Source of the DNA: Candidatus Omnitrophota bacterium
GTDB taxonomy: Bacteria > Omnitrophota > Gorgyraeia > Zapsychrales > Zapsychraceae
Assembly: GCA_029261055.1 (NCBI GenBank)
Contig: JAJDCA010000071.1
Coordinates: 25,778-89,777, forward strand
Reading direction: 5' to 3'
Length of the DNA stretch: 64,000 nt
Positions 1-9,223 of this stretch are shown here, one piece after another. The stretch's first letter is position 1; every line of letters starts with the position of its first letter. Made by a program: the position numbers and the translations under genes. The notes under the pieces are model-generated. The model did not search any database and was not told where the DNA came from. It worked only from the letters and a program-made list of their open reading frames with translations.

Positions 1-1566
1 AGCCAAATTCAATGGCAAGAAGTGCAAGAGGAAGAAAGGCGTGCGGATGAACCTGTTCGTAAGGTATTGTTGAGATTAGGGGTTATTTCTGAAGAAGATT
101 TGGTTAATTTTATATCCCAGCATATGAATATTCCAAGAATTGAATTAAATAATTATTTGATTGATTCGAAAGTGATTGAATTAATTCCGGAGGATTTAGC
201 CCGCAAACATCAATTAATTCCGATTCTTAAAATAGGTAAAAGCGTGACGTGTGCCATGGTGGATGTTTTTAATATTTATGCGATGGATGAAATATCTTTA
301 AAAACAGGTTTAACCATAGAACCTGCTGTCGCAACAGAAGAAGAAATTAAGAAAGCTCTCGATGAACAGTATACGGTGCAAGGAAGTATGAGTGATGTTA
401 TCAAAGGCCTTGATGAACATAAAATAGGGGTGAAAGAAGGGGAAGATATTGAGGTTGACCGACTAAAAGGAATAGGAGAAGAGCCTCCGGTTATTAAATT
501 GGTGAATATGATGGTGGCACAAGCTGTGCGTGAAGGGGCCTCTGATATTCACGTAGAGCCGGAAGAAAATTTATTAAAAGTGAGGTTTCGTATTGATGGG
601 ATTTTGCATGAAAAAGATTCACCCCCGAAGCATTTTCAATCGGCTATTATTTCACGCATAAAGATTTTGTCGGATATGAATATATCTGAACGAAGAAGGC
701 CGCAGGATGGACGGTTTCAAATGAAAATGGATAATAGGCAAATTGATGTGCGTGTATCCAGTGTGCCGACGGTGTATGGTGAGAATATGGTTATGCGACT
801 TTTAGATACAAGTAATATTATCTTGGGTCTTGATCAAATTGGTTTTCATAAAGATATATTAGAGACTTACAGAAATATTCTTAAAAAACCCAATGGCATA
901 ATTTTAGTAACCGGTCCAACGGGAAGTGGTAAAACGACGACGCTTTATGCATCTTTAAATTCTATTAATACGCCTGACAAGGGAATAGTTACCATAGAAG
1001 ATCCTGTGGAATATCGTCTGGCTGGGGTTCGTCAAATGCAAATTAATCCGGATGTGGATTTAACATTTGCAAATGGTTTACGCTCAATTTTAAGGCAGGA
1101 TCCGGATATTATTATGGTGGGTGAAATCAGAGATTTAGAAACAGCAGAAATTGCTATTCAAGCCGCCTTGACGGGGCATTTGGTTTTTGCAACCTTACAT
1201 ACAAACAATGCCTCAGGAGCTATGGCTCGTCTTATTGATTTAGGCGTTGAGCCATTTTTATTATCGTCATCCATTATTGGTGTTATTGCGCAAAGGTTAA
1301 TCCGAACATTATGTAAAGAATGTCAGGGGCAGGGATGTAAAGTTTGTTTAAATACAGGGTATAAGGGAAGAAATGGAATATATGAATTGTTGATACCAAA
1401 TGATGAAATACGGCAACTGACAATGAGTAAGTCCTCCGTCGAAGAAATTCAAAAGGCGGCGATTAATTCAGGAATGAAAACATTGAACGATGACGGAATG
1501 TCAAAGGTCGAGCAGGGGATGACTTCAAAAGAAGAGATTCTTCGTGTGACACAGGAGGAGGCATAA
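1..1566 (+). CDS. pilB: Type IV pilus/T2SS assembly ATPase PilB/GspE (5' end lies upstream of the window)
   Basis: Walker A GPTGSGKTT, TIEDPVEY, LRQDPDIIMVGEIRD, ASDIHVEP and CxxC..CxxC. Frame is open from base 1. Confidence 0.93.
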   Translation, partial: SQIQWQEVQEEERRADEPVRKVLLRLGVISEEDLVNFISQHMNIPRIELNNYLIDSKVIELIPEDLARKHQLIPILKIGKSVTCAMVDVFNIYAMDEISLKTGLTIEPAVATEEEIKKALDEQYTVQGSMSDVIKGLDEHKIGVKEGEDIEVDRLKGIGEEPPVIKLVNMMVAQAVREGASDIHVEPEENLLKVRFRIDGILHEKDSPPKHFQSAIISRIKILSDMNISERRRPQDGRFQMKMDNRQIDVRVSSVPTVYGENMVMRLLDTSNIILGLDQIGFHKDILETYRNILKKPNGIILVTGPTGSGKTTTLYASLNSINTPDKGIVTIEDPVEYRLAGVRQMQINPDVDLTFANGLRSILRQDPDIIMVGEIRDLETAEIAIQAALTGHLVFATLHTNNASGAMARLIDLGVEPFLLSSSIIGVIAQRLIRTLCKECQGQGCKVCLNTGYKGRNGIYELLIPNDEIRQLTMSKSSVEEIQKAAINSGMKTLNDDGMSKVEQGMTSKEEILRVTQEEA

Positions 1567-1567
1567 T

Positions 1568-2788
1568 ATGCCGACATTTGTTTATAAAGCGCGTGATGAG
1601 GTTGGAAAATCTATTGCCGGTATCATGGAGGCTGCTTCAGAAAATGAACTTATCAATAAATTGAGAAAATTAAGTTATATGCCGGTAAGTGTTGAGGAGT
1701 CTGTTCAAAAGATTGCAACGGAGGGTAAAAAATCAAGCCACTCTTTTAAAAAGATAAAATCTGAAGACAAGATTATGTTTAATATGCAGTTAGCAAGTAT
1801 GCTTGATGCCGGTATCACATTGCTCAGTGCATTAAATATAATATCAAAGCAAATACAGAATGAGAATTTTAAAAGTGTCATTGAGAAAATTACACAATCT
1901 GTTTCCGCAGGGGCTTCTCTTTCAGAATCTTTGGTGCAACACCCGACGGTTTTTTCCAGTTTGTTTGTAAGTATGGTGAGAGCTGGAGAGACGGGAGGAA
2001 AGCTTAATGAGATTTTAAACAGACTAGCTATTTACTTAGAGAAACAAGAAGAATTAAAGCAGAAAATTAATGGAGCACTTTTTTATCCAATGATATTGAT
2101 CGTCGCCGGTCTATTGGTTATTCTTGTGATCGTGACATTTGTCATACCAAAATTCATTGTGATTTTTGATAAAGCGGATGTTGTTCTTCCTTTACCAACG
2201 CAGATACTTTATGGATTTGGAATCGCGGTCAAAAAGTTTTGGTATTTAATGATTTTGGGTGGTTTTTTAGTAAGTTTGGCTATTAAATCTTTTATTAATT
2301 CGCCGAAGGGTAGGTTTAAATTTGATCAGTTAAAACTTAAAATACCGATTGTTGGATCAGTTGTACGAAAAGTTGTGGTGGCACGGTTTACCCGAACGCT
2401 GGCAACTTTAGTCGATAGCGGGGTATCTATGATGCAGTCTCTGGATATCATGCAGGATGTTGTGGGAAATGAAGTTTTTCGTCGTGTTATTGGGCAAGTG
2501 CGGAAAAGCGTTGAAAGAGGGGAACGATTAGATCAACCATTAAAAATGAGTGGTGAATTTCCTGATGATGCGGTTCATATGATTTCTGTAGGAGAGGAGA
2601 CAGGGAAGTTGGGGCCAATGTTAAACAAAATAGCAGATTTTTATGATACAAGTATTGACTATCAAGTTAGGAAATTAACAACTCTTATTGAACCAATTTT
2701 TATCACAATTATGGGGGGCGTGGTAGGATTTATTATGGCGTCAATGCTTATACCCATTTTTGATATGGTTAAAACAATACAAAGATAA
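1568..2788 (+). CDS. pilC: PilC/GspF inner-membrane platform protein
   Basis: MPTFVYKARD start, duplicated T2SSF domains (MVRAGETGGKL; MISVGEETGKL), 3 TM segments, follows pilB. Confidence 0.93.
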   Translation: MPTFVYKARDEVGKSIAGIMEAASENELINKLRKLSYMPVSVEESVQKIATEGKKSSHSFKKIKSEDKIMFNMQLASMLDAGITLLSALNIISKQIQNENFKSVIEKITQSVSAGASLSESLVQHPTVFSSLFVSMVRAGETGGKLNEILNRLAIYLEKQEELKQKINGALFYPMILIVAGLLVILVIVTFVIPKFIVIFDKADVVLPLPTQILYGFGIAVKKFWYLMILGGFLVSLAIKSFINSPKGRFKFDQLKLKIPIVGSVVRKVVVARFTRTLATLVDSGVSMMQSLDIMQDVVGNEVFRRVIGQVRKSVERGERLDQPLKMSGEFPDDAVHMISVGEETGKLGPMLNKIADFYDTSIDYQVRKLTTLIEPIFITIMGGVVGFIMASMLIPIFDMVKTIQR

Positions 2789-2802
2789 AATTAACTTTAA
2801 GA

Positions 2803-2925
2803 AATGACGTTCCTCGGAGCAAGTACGCAAGGTATTGACTTAAAACATTACAACGAGGCAAGCCTCGGGGAATTGAACCCGTTTGAGATTGGCTAAATAA
2901 TTTGTTCAGCCAATCTCTTAATTAA
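2803..2925 (-). repeat. Dispersed hairpin repeat family A, full-length copy
   Basis: Reverse complement aligns along its length with 41621-41745 (TTAATTAAGAGATTGGCTGAACAAATTATTTAGCCAATCTC..AACGGGTT.AATTCC.CGAGGCTTGCCTCG...TCATT). Confidence 0.9.
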
Positions 2926-2945
2926 ATTAAAAAAGGAGAAGTTAA

Positions 2946-3392
2946 ATGAAGAGGAAAGGTTTTACAATTATTGAATTATTAGTCGTTATTGCTGTCATTT
3001 CGATCCTGATTGGAATCGCTGTGCCCCGAATTAAAGGTATGCAGGATCAGGCGAATATGACCAAAGCGGAAGCTGAAACAAAGACAATTAAGGTGGCCAT
3101 TGAATCTTATTACATAAACCAAACTCCAAATGCCTACCCAGCATCGTCTACGACAATTGTAAATACAACATTGGATAATCAAACGCCGCTGATTATTTCG
3201 GATATTTTATATGATCCATTCTTAACGACGAGTACGGAATATAATTATATCAAATCAAGTAATGGTCAGTATTATGTCATATTTTCTGTTGGCCCGGATG
3301 GGGTTGCGGATATTACAGGCATAAGTGATGCTGGTGTTTTAGCAGGGGCTGATGATGATGATCTTTATGCAACCAATGGGACAGGGTTCTAA
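2946..3392 (+). CDS. Major pilin/pseudopilin (GspG/PilA-like)
   Basis: Class III signal MKRKG|FTIIELLVV, AGGAG RBS, GspG-like tail YDPF..YNY..SVGPDG. Confidence 0.9.
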   Translation: MKRKGFTIIELLVVIAVISILIGIAVPRIKGMQDQANMTKAEAETKTIKVAIESYYINQTPNAYPASSTTIVNTTLDNQTPLIISDILYDPFLTTSTEYNYIKSSNGQYYVIFSVGPDGVADITGISDAGVLAGADDDDLYATNGTGF

Positions 3393-3753
3393 TAGAAAAG
3401 GTTTTTCTTTAATTGAAGTCATTATAACGATTGTTCTTTTGACGGTCGGTGTTATTTCGATCTTGCAGATGTTTAGCATCGGACTGTTTGCAGACGCAGA
3501 AACAGAGAATCAAACAACCGCTTTTTATTTGGCTCAAGAAAAGATGGAAGAAGTTCGTGACGCTTCATCTTACGCGAATATTGATTCTTTTGCGGCATCT
3601 AAAACAGCCCTAACCGGGAGTTTTATTGACTTTTCTCGTGAGGTTACTGTTTCTGGAACACCTAAGCAGGTCAATGTTATTGTTTATTGGAATGTTAAAG
3701 GGGCGGAGCAGAGTGTTGATTTGGTTTCATTATTTGCCGATTATAATTACTGA
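3367..3753 (+). CDS. Minor pilin (PilV/GspI-like)
   Basis: RKG|FSLIEVIITIVLL motif and LAQEKMEE. Exact start uncertain (3352, 3367 or 3376). Confidence 0.82.
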   Translation: MQPMGQGSNRKGFSLIEVIITIVLLTVGVISILQMFSIGLFADAETENQTTAFYLAQEKMEEVRDASSYANIDSFAASKTALTGSFIDFSREVTVSGTPKQVNVIVYWNVKGAEQSVDLVSLFADYNY

Positions 3754-3764
3754 TGAAAAAACAA

Positions 3765-4053
3765 GGGTTTACCCCGTTAGAGATAAAAAATGTACTTCAC
3801 GTATGTTATTAAAAGTAAAAAAGATAATAATTGGTATACAGGGTATACCAAGGATTTACGAAATCGGATTAAAGAGCATAATGAAGGAAATGTCTTTTCA
3901 ACAAAAACTAGAAGGCCTTTCGAGTTAATATATTATGAAGCATGTCTTAATGAAAAAGATGCTATAGCTAGAGAAAAATATTTAAAATCGGGGATGGGGA
4001 AAAGATACTTAAAAAATCGATTGAAGGTGTTTTTATCTCTAACGGGGTTTACC
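3765..4053 (+). mobile_element. 280-bp GIY-YIG nuclease-encoding insertion with terminal inverted repeats and target duplication, inside a prepilin leader
   Basis: Direct repeat GGGTTTACC at 3765-3773 and 4045-4053. Perfect 19-bp inverted repeat ACCCCGTTAGAGATAAAAA (3771-3789) / TTTTTATCTCTAACGGGGT (4030-4048). Deleting 280 bp restores ATG(3753) MKKQGFTILEIL. Confidence 0.9.
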
Positions 4054-4539
4054 ATATTAGAGATCCTCATCGTCATTCTCGCTTTAACGATTGTCGTTGG
4101 GGTGGTTAATAATGTGTATATCGTAGGGCTAGATTTGTGGAGTGAAGGAATTAGTCGTTCAAGTATTAGAACAGATCTTTCTCAAGCTTTAGAATTAGTC
4201 AGTAAAAATTTAAGAAGAGCAACAAGTATCGATGCCATAACAGCCAGCAGCATTACTTTTACAGCTGATTTAGGCGGTGGGAGTAGCTCATACCGCGTGT
4301 ATCTCTACAATGCATCTGATTCAGAGCCGAACCCTCCTTATTCACAAGATAATTATGATTTGCGTTGGGCGCAAGGAACAACGACTTACGGTTCCGGGGC
4401 TAATTTAGCAACAGATATTGCGCAGCCAATCAATACTCCTTTTACTCAAAATGGTAATGTGATCACTTTAGACTTAACGGCGACGCGAGGAGAAGAAACG
4501 GTAAGGTTGCGTTCAAACGTTAGGCCAAGGAATTTGTGA
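3790..4539 (+). CDS. In-frame fusion: GIY-YIG nuclease (aa 1-86) plus minor pilin (PilW/GspJ-like, mature from F87 at nt 4048)
   Basis: FTYVI..WYTGYT.DL..R..EHN..A..RE.YLK GIY-YIG signature, then SLTG|FTILEILIVILAL with Glu at +5. Confidence 0.88.
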   Translation: MYFTYVIKSKKDNNWYTGYTKDLRNRIKEHNEGNVFSTKTRRPFELIYYEACLNEKDAIAREKYLKSGMGKRYLKNRLKVFLSLTGFTILEILIVILALTIVVGVVNNVYIVGLDLWSEGISRSSIRTDLSQALELVSKNLRRATSIDAITASSITFTADLGGGSSSYRVYLYNASDSEPNPPYSQDNYDLRWAQGTTTYGSGANLATDIAQPINTPFTQNGNVITLDLTATRGEETVRLRSNVRPRNL

Positions 4540-5624
4540 AGATGTCCAGAAAGATCGGTTTTAATCAGCGTGGCGTTGTTCTTATTCTCACGTTTATTAT
4601 TATGGTGAGTTTAATCGTCGTGGCTTCTTCATATATTTTTTTGGTTACGTATGACACGAGGAATGTTGGGGGACAGAAAAGTAATGTATCTGCATTTTAT
4701 TTGGCAGAAGCGGGGCTCAATAAAGCTATTTATTATTTATTAAACACAGCCCCAGATAGTTCAACGGATAGTTCGTGGCGCACCACGGCTTATCCAGCCG
4801 TTCCTGGTGCTGGAAATACGGATCCGCAGCAAGAATCATTAGGAGGTGGGACGTACACAATGTGGGTTGAGACATCTGGAAGTGACGTTCAGATTACTGC
4901 CCGCGGGACCGCCAATGGCATTGAGCGAATCATTCGACAGGCTGTGTCGTATTCGGCGGGCGGGAGCGTCCCCGAAGCATTGACTTATGCAAATCATGCG
5001 GGGGGGAATGTTACCTTTGATGGCGCTCATAATGGAACAGTCACAGGGAATATCGGGGCGCAAGGAAACATTGAGGATTCCAGTAATATTACGGTCAACG
5101 GAACAGAGTCAGACAGTTCAAGTATTGTTACCCCGACGGTTGATTATAGTGAATATGAAAATATAGCGGATACCGTCGTTAACGGGAATAAAACATTTTC
5201 TAAAAACAATACGTATTCCGGGATTTGGTATGTGAAAGGGAATGCTATTATTGAAAAGAGTGTTACCATAAACGGGTCGTTGATTGTCGAGGGAGATATC
5301 GAAATAAAGAATGTGAATAATGTTGATATCACAGCTACGTCTCCTTACCCGGCGCTAGTAGCGCAAGGCAATATTGATTTAAGTGAGTCAAATAATATTA
5401 ATATTACCGGGCCTATTTTTTCTGAAGGGAATCTCGTTTTTAAGGATATTGTAAATGTCGGCGTCATCGGTAGCATGGTTGCCGATGGAAATATAGAATT
5501 TGGGGATTCAAATAATTTTAGTGTCACCTTTGCTTCAAGCGACCCTCCGTATTTTTCTGGTGGAGAAGTTGGAGGAGTCGGGGCTTCCATAAATGCAGTT
5601 GCCAACAATTGGGAAGAAATGTAA
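4536..5624 (+). CDS. PilX/GspK-like minor pilin with a repetitive beta-rich C-terminal region
   Basis: NQRG|VVLILTF (no Glu5, typical of PilX), AFYLAEAGL motif, many GNI/GNV repeats. Confidence 0.8.
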   Translation: MKMSRKIGFNQRGVVLILTFIIMVSLIVVASSYIFLVTYDTRNVGGQKSNVSAFYLAEAGLNKAIYYLLNTAPDSSTDSSWRTTAYPAVPGAGNTDPQQESLGGGTYTMWVETSGSDVQITARGTANGIERIIRQAVSYSAGGSVPEALTYANHAGGNVTFDGAHNGTVTGNIGAQGNIEDSSNITVNGTESDSSSIVTPTVDYSEYENIADTVVNGNKTFSKNNTYSGIWYVKGNAIIEKSVTINGSLIVEGDIEIKNVNNVDITATSPYPALVAQGNIDLSESNNINITGPIFSEGNLVFKDIVNVGVIGSMVADGNIEFGDSNNFSVTFASSDPPYFSGGEVGGVGASINAVANNWEEM

Positions 5625-7318
5625 TGGCTGAAATTGATTTCAAAAAACTAAAGTTACAAAAAAAATTAGCTGCGGGAAAAACGACGATTGGCATTGATAT
5701 TGGAACAAGTTCAATCAATATTGCTCAAATGGCGAAATATAAAGGAAAGCCCACATTAATAAAAACAGCCATTGTTTGTATTGAAAAAAAAGTTGATGAA
5801 GATAAAGGGCAGACAACATTAAAAGCTTTGAACAAAGCCTTATCCAATTTTAATACAAAGAATGCAAAGTTGGCCTGTGTTGTGAATTGTCCACAAACAT
5901 GTGTTAGAAAAGTTATTACGCCTTATATGCCTAAGGATGAGCTTAAAGGAGCTGTTGGTCTGGAGGTCAAACAATCCATTCCGTTTCCATTCGAGGAAGC
6001 GGTTTTAGATTTTAATGTTATTGAGGACGTTCGGGATAAAGGTGTTGAAAAATTAAGTGTTATTGTGGCGGCTTCTCCAAAAGAAACGATTGCGCAATTG
6101 CTTTCTTATTTTATAAAGAAAAAGGCAAAGCCATTTACAGGAGCAATAAGTAAAAAATTTGAAGGCAAAGAGCTTGAGAATCCTTTAGGGATAAAACTTT
6201 CAGGGCTTTTGCCAATGTCGTTATGCATAGAAAATATTATTGAAAAATCAAATTTAAAAATGTCGGAGACTTTGGTTGCGGTTGAAATAGGGACGGTTGT
6301 TACGGAATTAAATATTTTTAAGAATTCACGATTACAATTTTCTCGGAAGATACCATTTTCAGGACAAGATATCACAAAAAGTTTAACAGGTGCATTAATG
6401 ACGGAGCAAGGAAAAGTTGAATTAACATTAGAAGAAGCCGAACAAATTAAAAGAAAATATGGGGTTCCGAGAGTCGAAGATAATCAAATTGTAGACGGTA
6501 AGATTACAACTAATCATATATTATCTTTGGTCCGACCGAAAGTCGAACAATTGGCGAATGAAATTGAACGGTCATTTGATTTTTATCGAGAAGAAATGCA
6601 TGGGGATAAGATTGACAGGATTGTATTGTTTGGAGGTGGGGCACAACTTAAAGGCTTGGATGAATTTTTAAGTAAGGAATTAGAACTCGAAGTTAACTTG
6701 GCTAATCCTTTGGAAGATATTGATATTTTAGATGATGAAGTGGTGGAAAATGCGATGGATGCGCATAAGTTAGTGTTAGCTATTGGAGCCGCTTCAAGCA
6801 GCATGAAAGGAATTAATCTTTTACCCGTGGAAACAAAGGGGGAATCAAATTCTTCGGTTCAAAAGGTTGCATTGAGTTCAGGTGTTTTTTCAGTGGCAAT
6901 ATTATTATTGGTAGCATATGGCGTTATAAAAAATAAAGAGATGTCCCTAAACAAGAGTTATCAATTGGACAATGCAGAATTGATGCAGTTGATGCCTCAA
7001 TTACAACAATTAAAAGAAAAGAAAAAGATTGATCAATTATTGGCAAGAAGGCCTTCTTGGAGTGCGGCTTTAAAAGAGATTAGCCATATTGTTCCGGTTA
7101 ATATGTATTTGATGGATATGGATTTAAATGATAATAGTTTGAGCTTAAAAGGTGTTATTGAGCATGGAGAAGTTTCACCCGAAAATTTAATTTCTCAATT
7201 TATGGTAAATTTAGAGCGCGGAATTTTTAATAATGTGAAATTAATTAAAATAGAAAAAAAAGAAGATAAGTTGTCTGCACTGCATTTTGAAATTAAATGT
7301 CAGGTGAATATTAAATGA
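5624..7318 (+). CDS. PilM (actin-like) fused to a PilN-like TM plus periplasmic domain
   Basis: IGIDIGTSS, IERSFDFY, LFGGGAQLKGL, then INLLP, one TM, a coiled coil and a PilN-like domain. TAATG coupling at 5622-5626. Confidence 0.82.
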   Translation: MAEIDFKKLKLQKKLAAGKTTIGIDIGTSSINIAQMAKYKGKPTLIKTAIVCIEKKVDEDKGQTTLKALNKALSNFNTKNAKLACVVNCPQTCVRKVITPYMPKDELKGAVGLEVKQSIPFPFEEAVLDFNVIEDVRDKGVEKLSVIVAASPKETIAQLLSYFIKKKAKPFTGAISKKFEGKELENPLGIKLSGLLPMSLCIENIIEKSNLKMSETLVAVEIGTVVTELNIFKNSRLQFSRKIPFSGQDITKSLTGALMTEQGKVELTLEEAEQIKRKYGVPRVEDNQIVDGKITTNHILSLVRPKVEQLANEIERSFDFYREEMHGDKIDRIVLFGGGAQLKGLDEFLSKELELEVNLANPLEDIDILDDEVVENAMDAHKLVLAIGAASSSMKGINLLPVETKGESNSSVQKVALSSGVFSVAILLLVAYGVIKNKEMSLNKSYQLDNAELMQLMPQLQQLKEKKKIDQLLARRPSWSAALKEISHIVPVNMYLMDMDLNDNSLSLKGVIEHGEVSPENLISQFMVNLERGIFNNVKLIKIEKKEDKLSALHFEIKCQVNIK

Positions 7319-7833
7319 TGACTATTAATATAAGCAAAAAACAAAAAGTAGCTTTGATTCTTGGGGCTGTTTTTGTGGTCGGAACTCTATTAATCATATT
7401 TATTTATTTGCCAATATTGAACGAGTCGCAGAAGTTAATTTATAAATCTTTAGAAGTAGGTGAAAATGTTCAAGGTGTTAAAAATATTCTTAAAATTCAA
7501 AGCCAAAAAGAAAGGGTTGGTCGTCTTATTAATTATGATGGAGTTGCTTTGGCATTGAATGAAATAACAAGTGTCGGTCAGAAGAATCAAATAAATTTTA
7601 TTTTGATTAGGCCTAAAGATGTTCAAAAAATGGAGTCTTTCGAATACAATCAATTGCCGATTCAGATTAATTTAGAATCGACGTACAAAAATCTTGGCCG
7701 ATTTTTGCGAGATTTAGAACAATTAAAAGAAAGTTTTGTATTTGTGAAAAGTTTTAGAGTGAAACGCGATGAAAATATTTTGCCGTTAATTAAAACAAAT
7801 ATGGTTATTGAGGTTTTGTTAAAAGATGGATAA
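7315..7833 (+). CDS. pilO: PilO-like pilus assembly protein
   Basis: N-terminal TM, LPIQINLESTYKNLGRFLRDLE motif, operon position. Confidence 0.72.
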   Translation: MMTINISKKQKVALILGAVFVVGTLLIIFIYLPILNESQKLIYKSLEVGENVQGVKNILKIQSQKERVGRLINYDGVALALNEITSVGQKNQINFILIRPKDVQKMESFEYNQLPIQINLESTYKNLGRFLRDLEQLKESFVFVKSFRVKRDENILPLIKTNMVIEVLLKDG

Positions 7834-8365
7834 GGCTACCAAAGAAAAAAAATTAAAGATGCTGTTACCGATCCTGGGGCTTATTTCTATTTTTGTTTGG
7901 CTGCCAATGCTTAAAGGGTCTAACTCTAAAGGGAAACAATCGGCCAGTCAAATGAGCTATCCATCGATATCGGATATAAATGATTTATTTGTCTCGGTTC
8001 AGGCGATGGGTAAAGAAAAAGAAAAGACGTTGAGCAGATATAAAAATTGGGGACGAAGTCCTTTTGTTTCGATGCGTAGTTTAAAAAACTCTTCGGAAGG
8101 TTTTTCAGAAACTATTGTGGAAAAGCATTCAAATGATCCTGATCTGAAAGAAGAAAAGGTTTCTGTTTCTGATCCAGATGCAATTTTTGATGAATTGGTA
8201 TTAAATGGTATTGTTTGGAACAGCAAAAATCCTAGCGCAATAATTAATGATAACGTTGTTTGGGTTGGGGCAGATATAGATGGTTTTAAGGTTTTGGAAA
8301 TAAACTCTGACAGTGTCATCATCATAAATGATGGGGAGGATACCTATAAATTAGGACTCAAGTAA
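7826..8365 (+). CDS. PilP/GspC-like protein
   Basis: N-terminal TM, WGRSPF, LNGIVW..PSAIIND motif. Confidence 0.6.
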   Translation: MDKATKEKKLKMLLPILGLISIFVWLPMLKGSNSKGKQSASQMSYPSISDINDLFVSVQAMGKEKEKTLSRYKNWGRSPFVSMRSLKNSSEGFSETIVEKHSNDPDLKEEKVSVSDPDAIFDELVLNGIVWNSKNPSAIINDNVVWVGADIDGFKVLEINSDSVIIINDGEDTYKLGLK

Positions 8366-8533
8366 ATCTAAGAATTTAACTATTAGTTATATTTTAAATA
8401 ATATATGATTTTCATTTAAAAAAACTTTTTGAGTATTTTATGTTTATGCTAACGACAAAATTCTTGACTTTAAAAATGGCTTATGGTAGGGTTTTGTAAA
8501 AATAAATCAGTGAACATCGGAGGAGGGAATTGT

Positions 8534-9145
8534 ATGCCTAAGAAATATTTAGGGTTTGCATCGCTAATTTTGTTAACAATGAGTGTTTTTGTCTTCAGCG
8601 GGTGTACGTTTATCTTTCAAAAGGGCCGCCGAGTTGACGTCGAAAAAATTTCTGTATTAAAAAACCAATTAAGTGAAATGGAACGGGCTAAGGCTGAATT
8701 AGAACGCCGGCTTCAGGATGAAATTGGCAATAATGAAGTGCGGATTGATATGCAAGACAAAGGATTGGTTATTACCTTTGTGGCCGAAGTTTTGTTTGCT
8801 TCGGGTAAAGATGCCTTGCGTGGGGGAGCGGCTGGTAAATTAAGTAAAGTCGCTAAAGTTTTGAATACCACGGTCAAGGATTATAATGTTGGAGTTGAGG
8901 GCCATACGGATAATATCCCGATTAAACATTCCGGATGGAAATCGAATTGGGAGCTTTCTTCAGCCAGGGCATTGAGTGTATTGCATTATCTTAAGGATAA
9001 GCACAGTGTCCCACCGCGTCGTTTGTCAGCTACGGGTTATGGTGAATTTCATCCTATTGATTCTAATGATGTAAAAGAAGGGCGACAAAGGAATCGTCGG
9101 GTTGAGATTGTTATTCTTCCCAAGGTAACAAAGAAGGGGCGTTAG
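8534..9145 (+). CDS. OmpA/MotB-family peptidoglycan-binding lipoprotein
   Basis: GGAGG RBS, lipobox FSGC, VEGHTDNIP, NWELSSARA, NRRVEI. Confidence 0.88.
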   Translation: MPKKYLGFASLILLTMSVFVFSGCTFIFQKGRRVDVEKISVLKNQLSEMERAKAELERRLQDEIGNNEVRIDMQDKGLVITFVAEVLFASGKDALRGGAAGKLSKVAKVLNTTVKDYNVGVEGHTDNIPIKHSGWKSNWELSSARALSVLHYLKDKHSVPPRRLSATGYGEFHPIDSNDVKEGRQRNRRVEIVILPKVTKKGR

Positions 9146-9223
9146 TTGACAAATAATATTTAAGTTATAGGCGGACGACTTAAGCGTCTAGTCAATTTTA
9201 AGGGAGCAACCCGCAAGTTAAAT

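Noticed and set aside
3626-3928. 100-aa + strand ORF overlapping the pilin and nuclease
   Set aside because: Alternative-frame shadow with no recognisable motif.
3765-4053. Group I intron, intein or classical IS as the explanation for the GIY-YIG insert
   Set aside because: The ORF fills nearly all 280 bp, leaving no room for a ribozyme core. There are no intein Cys/Ser...His-Asn motifs and no DDE, HUH or serine transposase.
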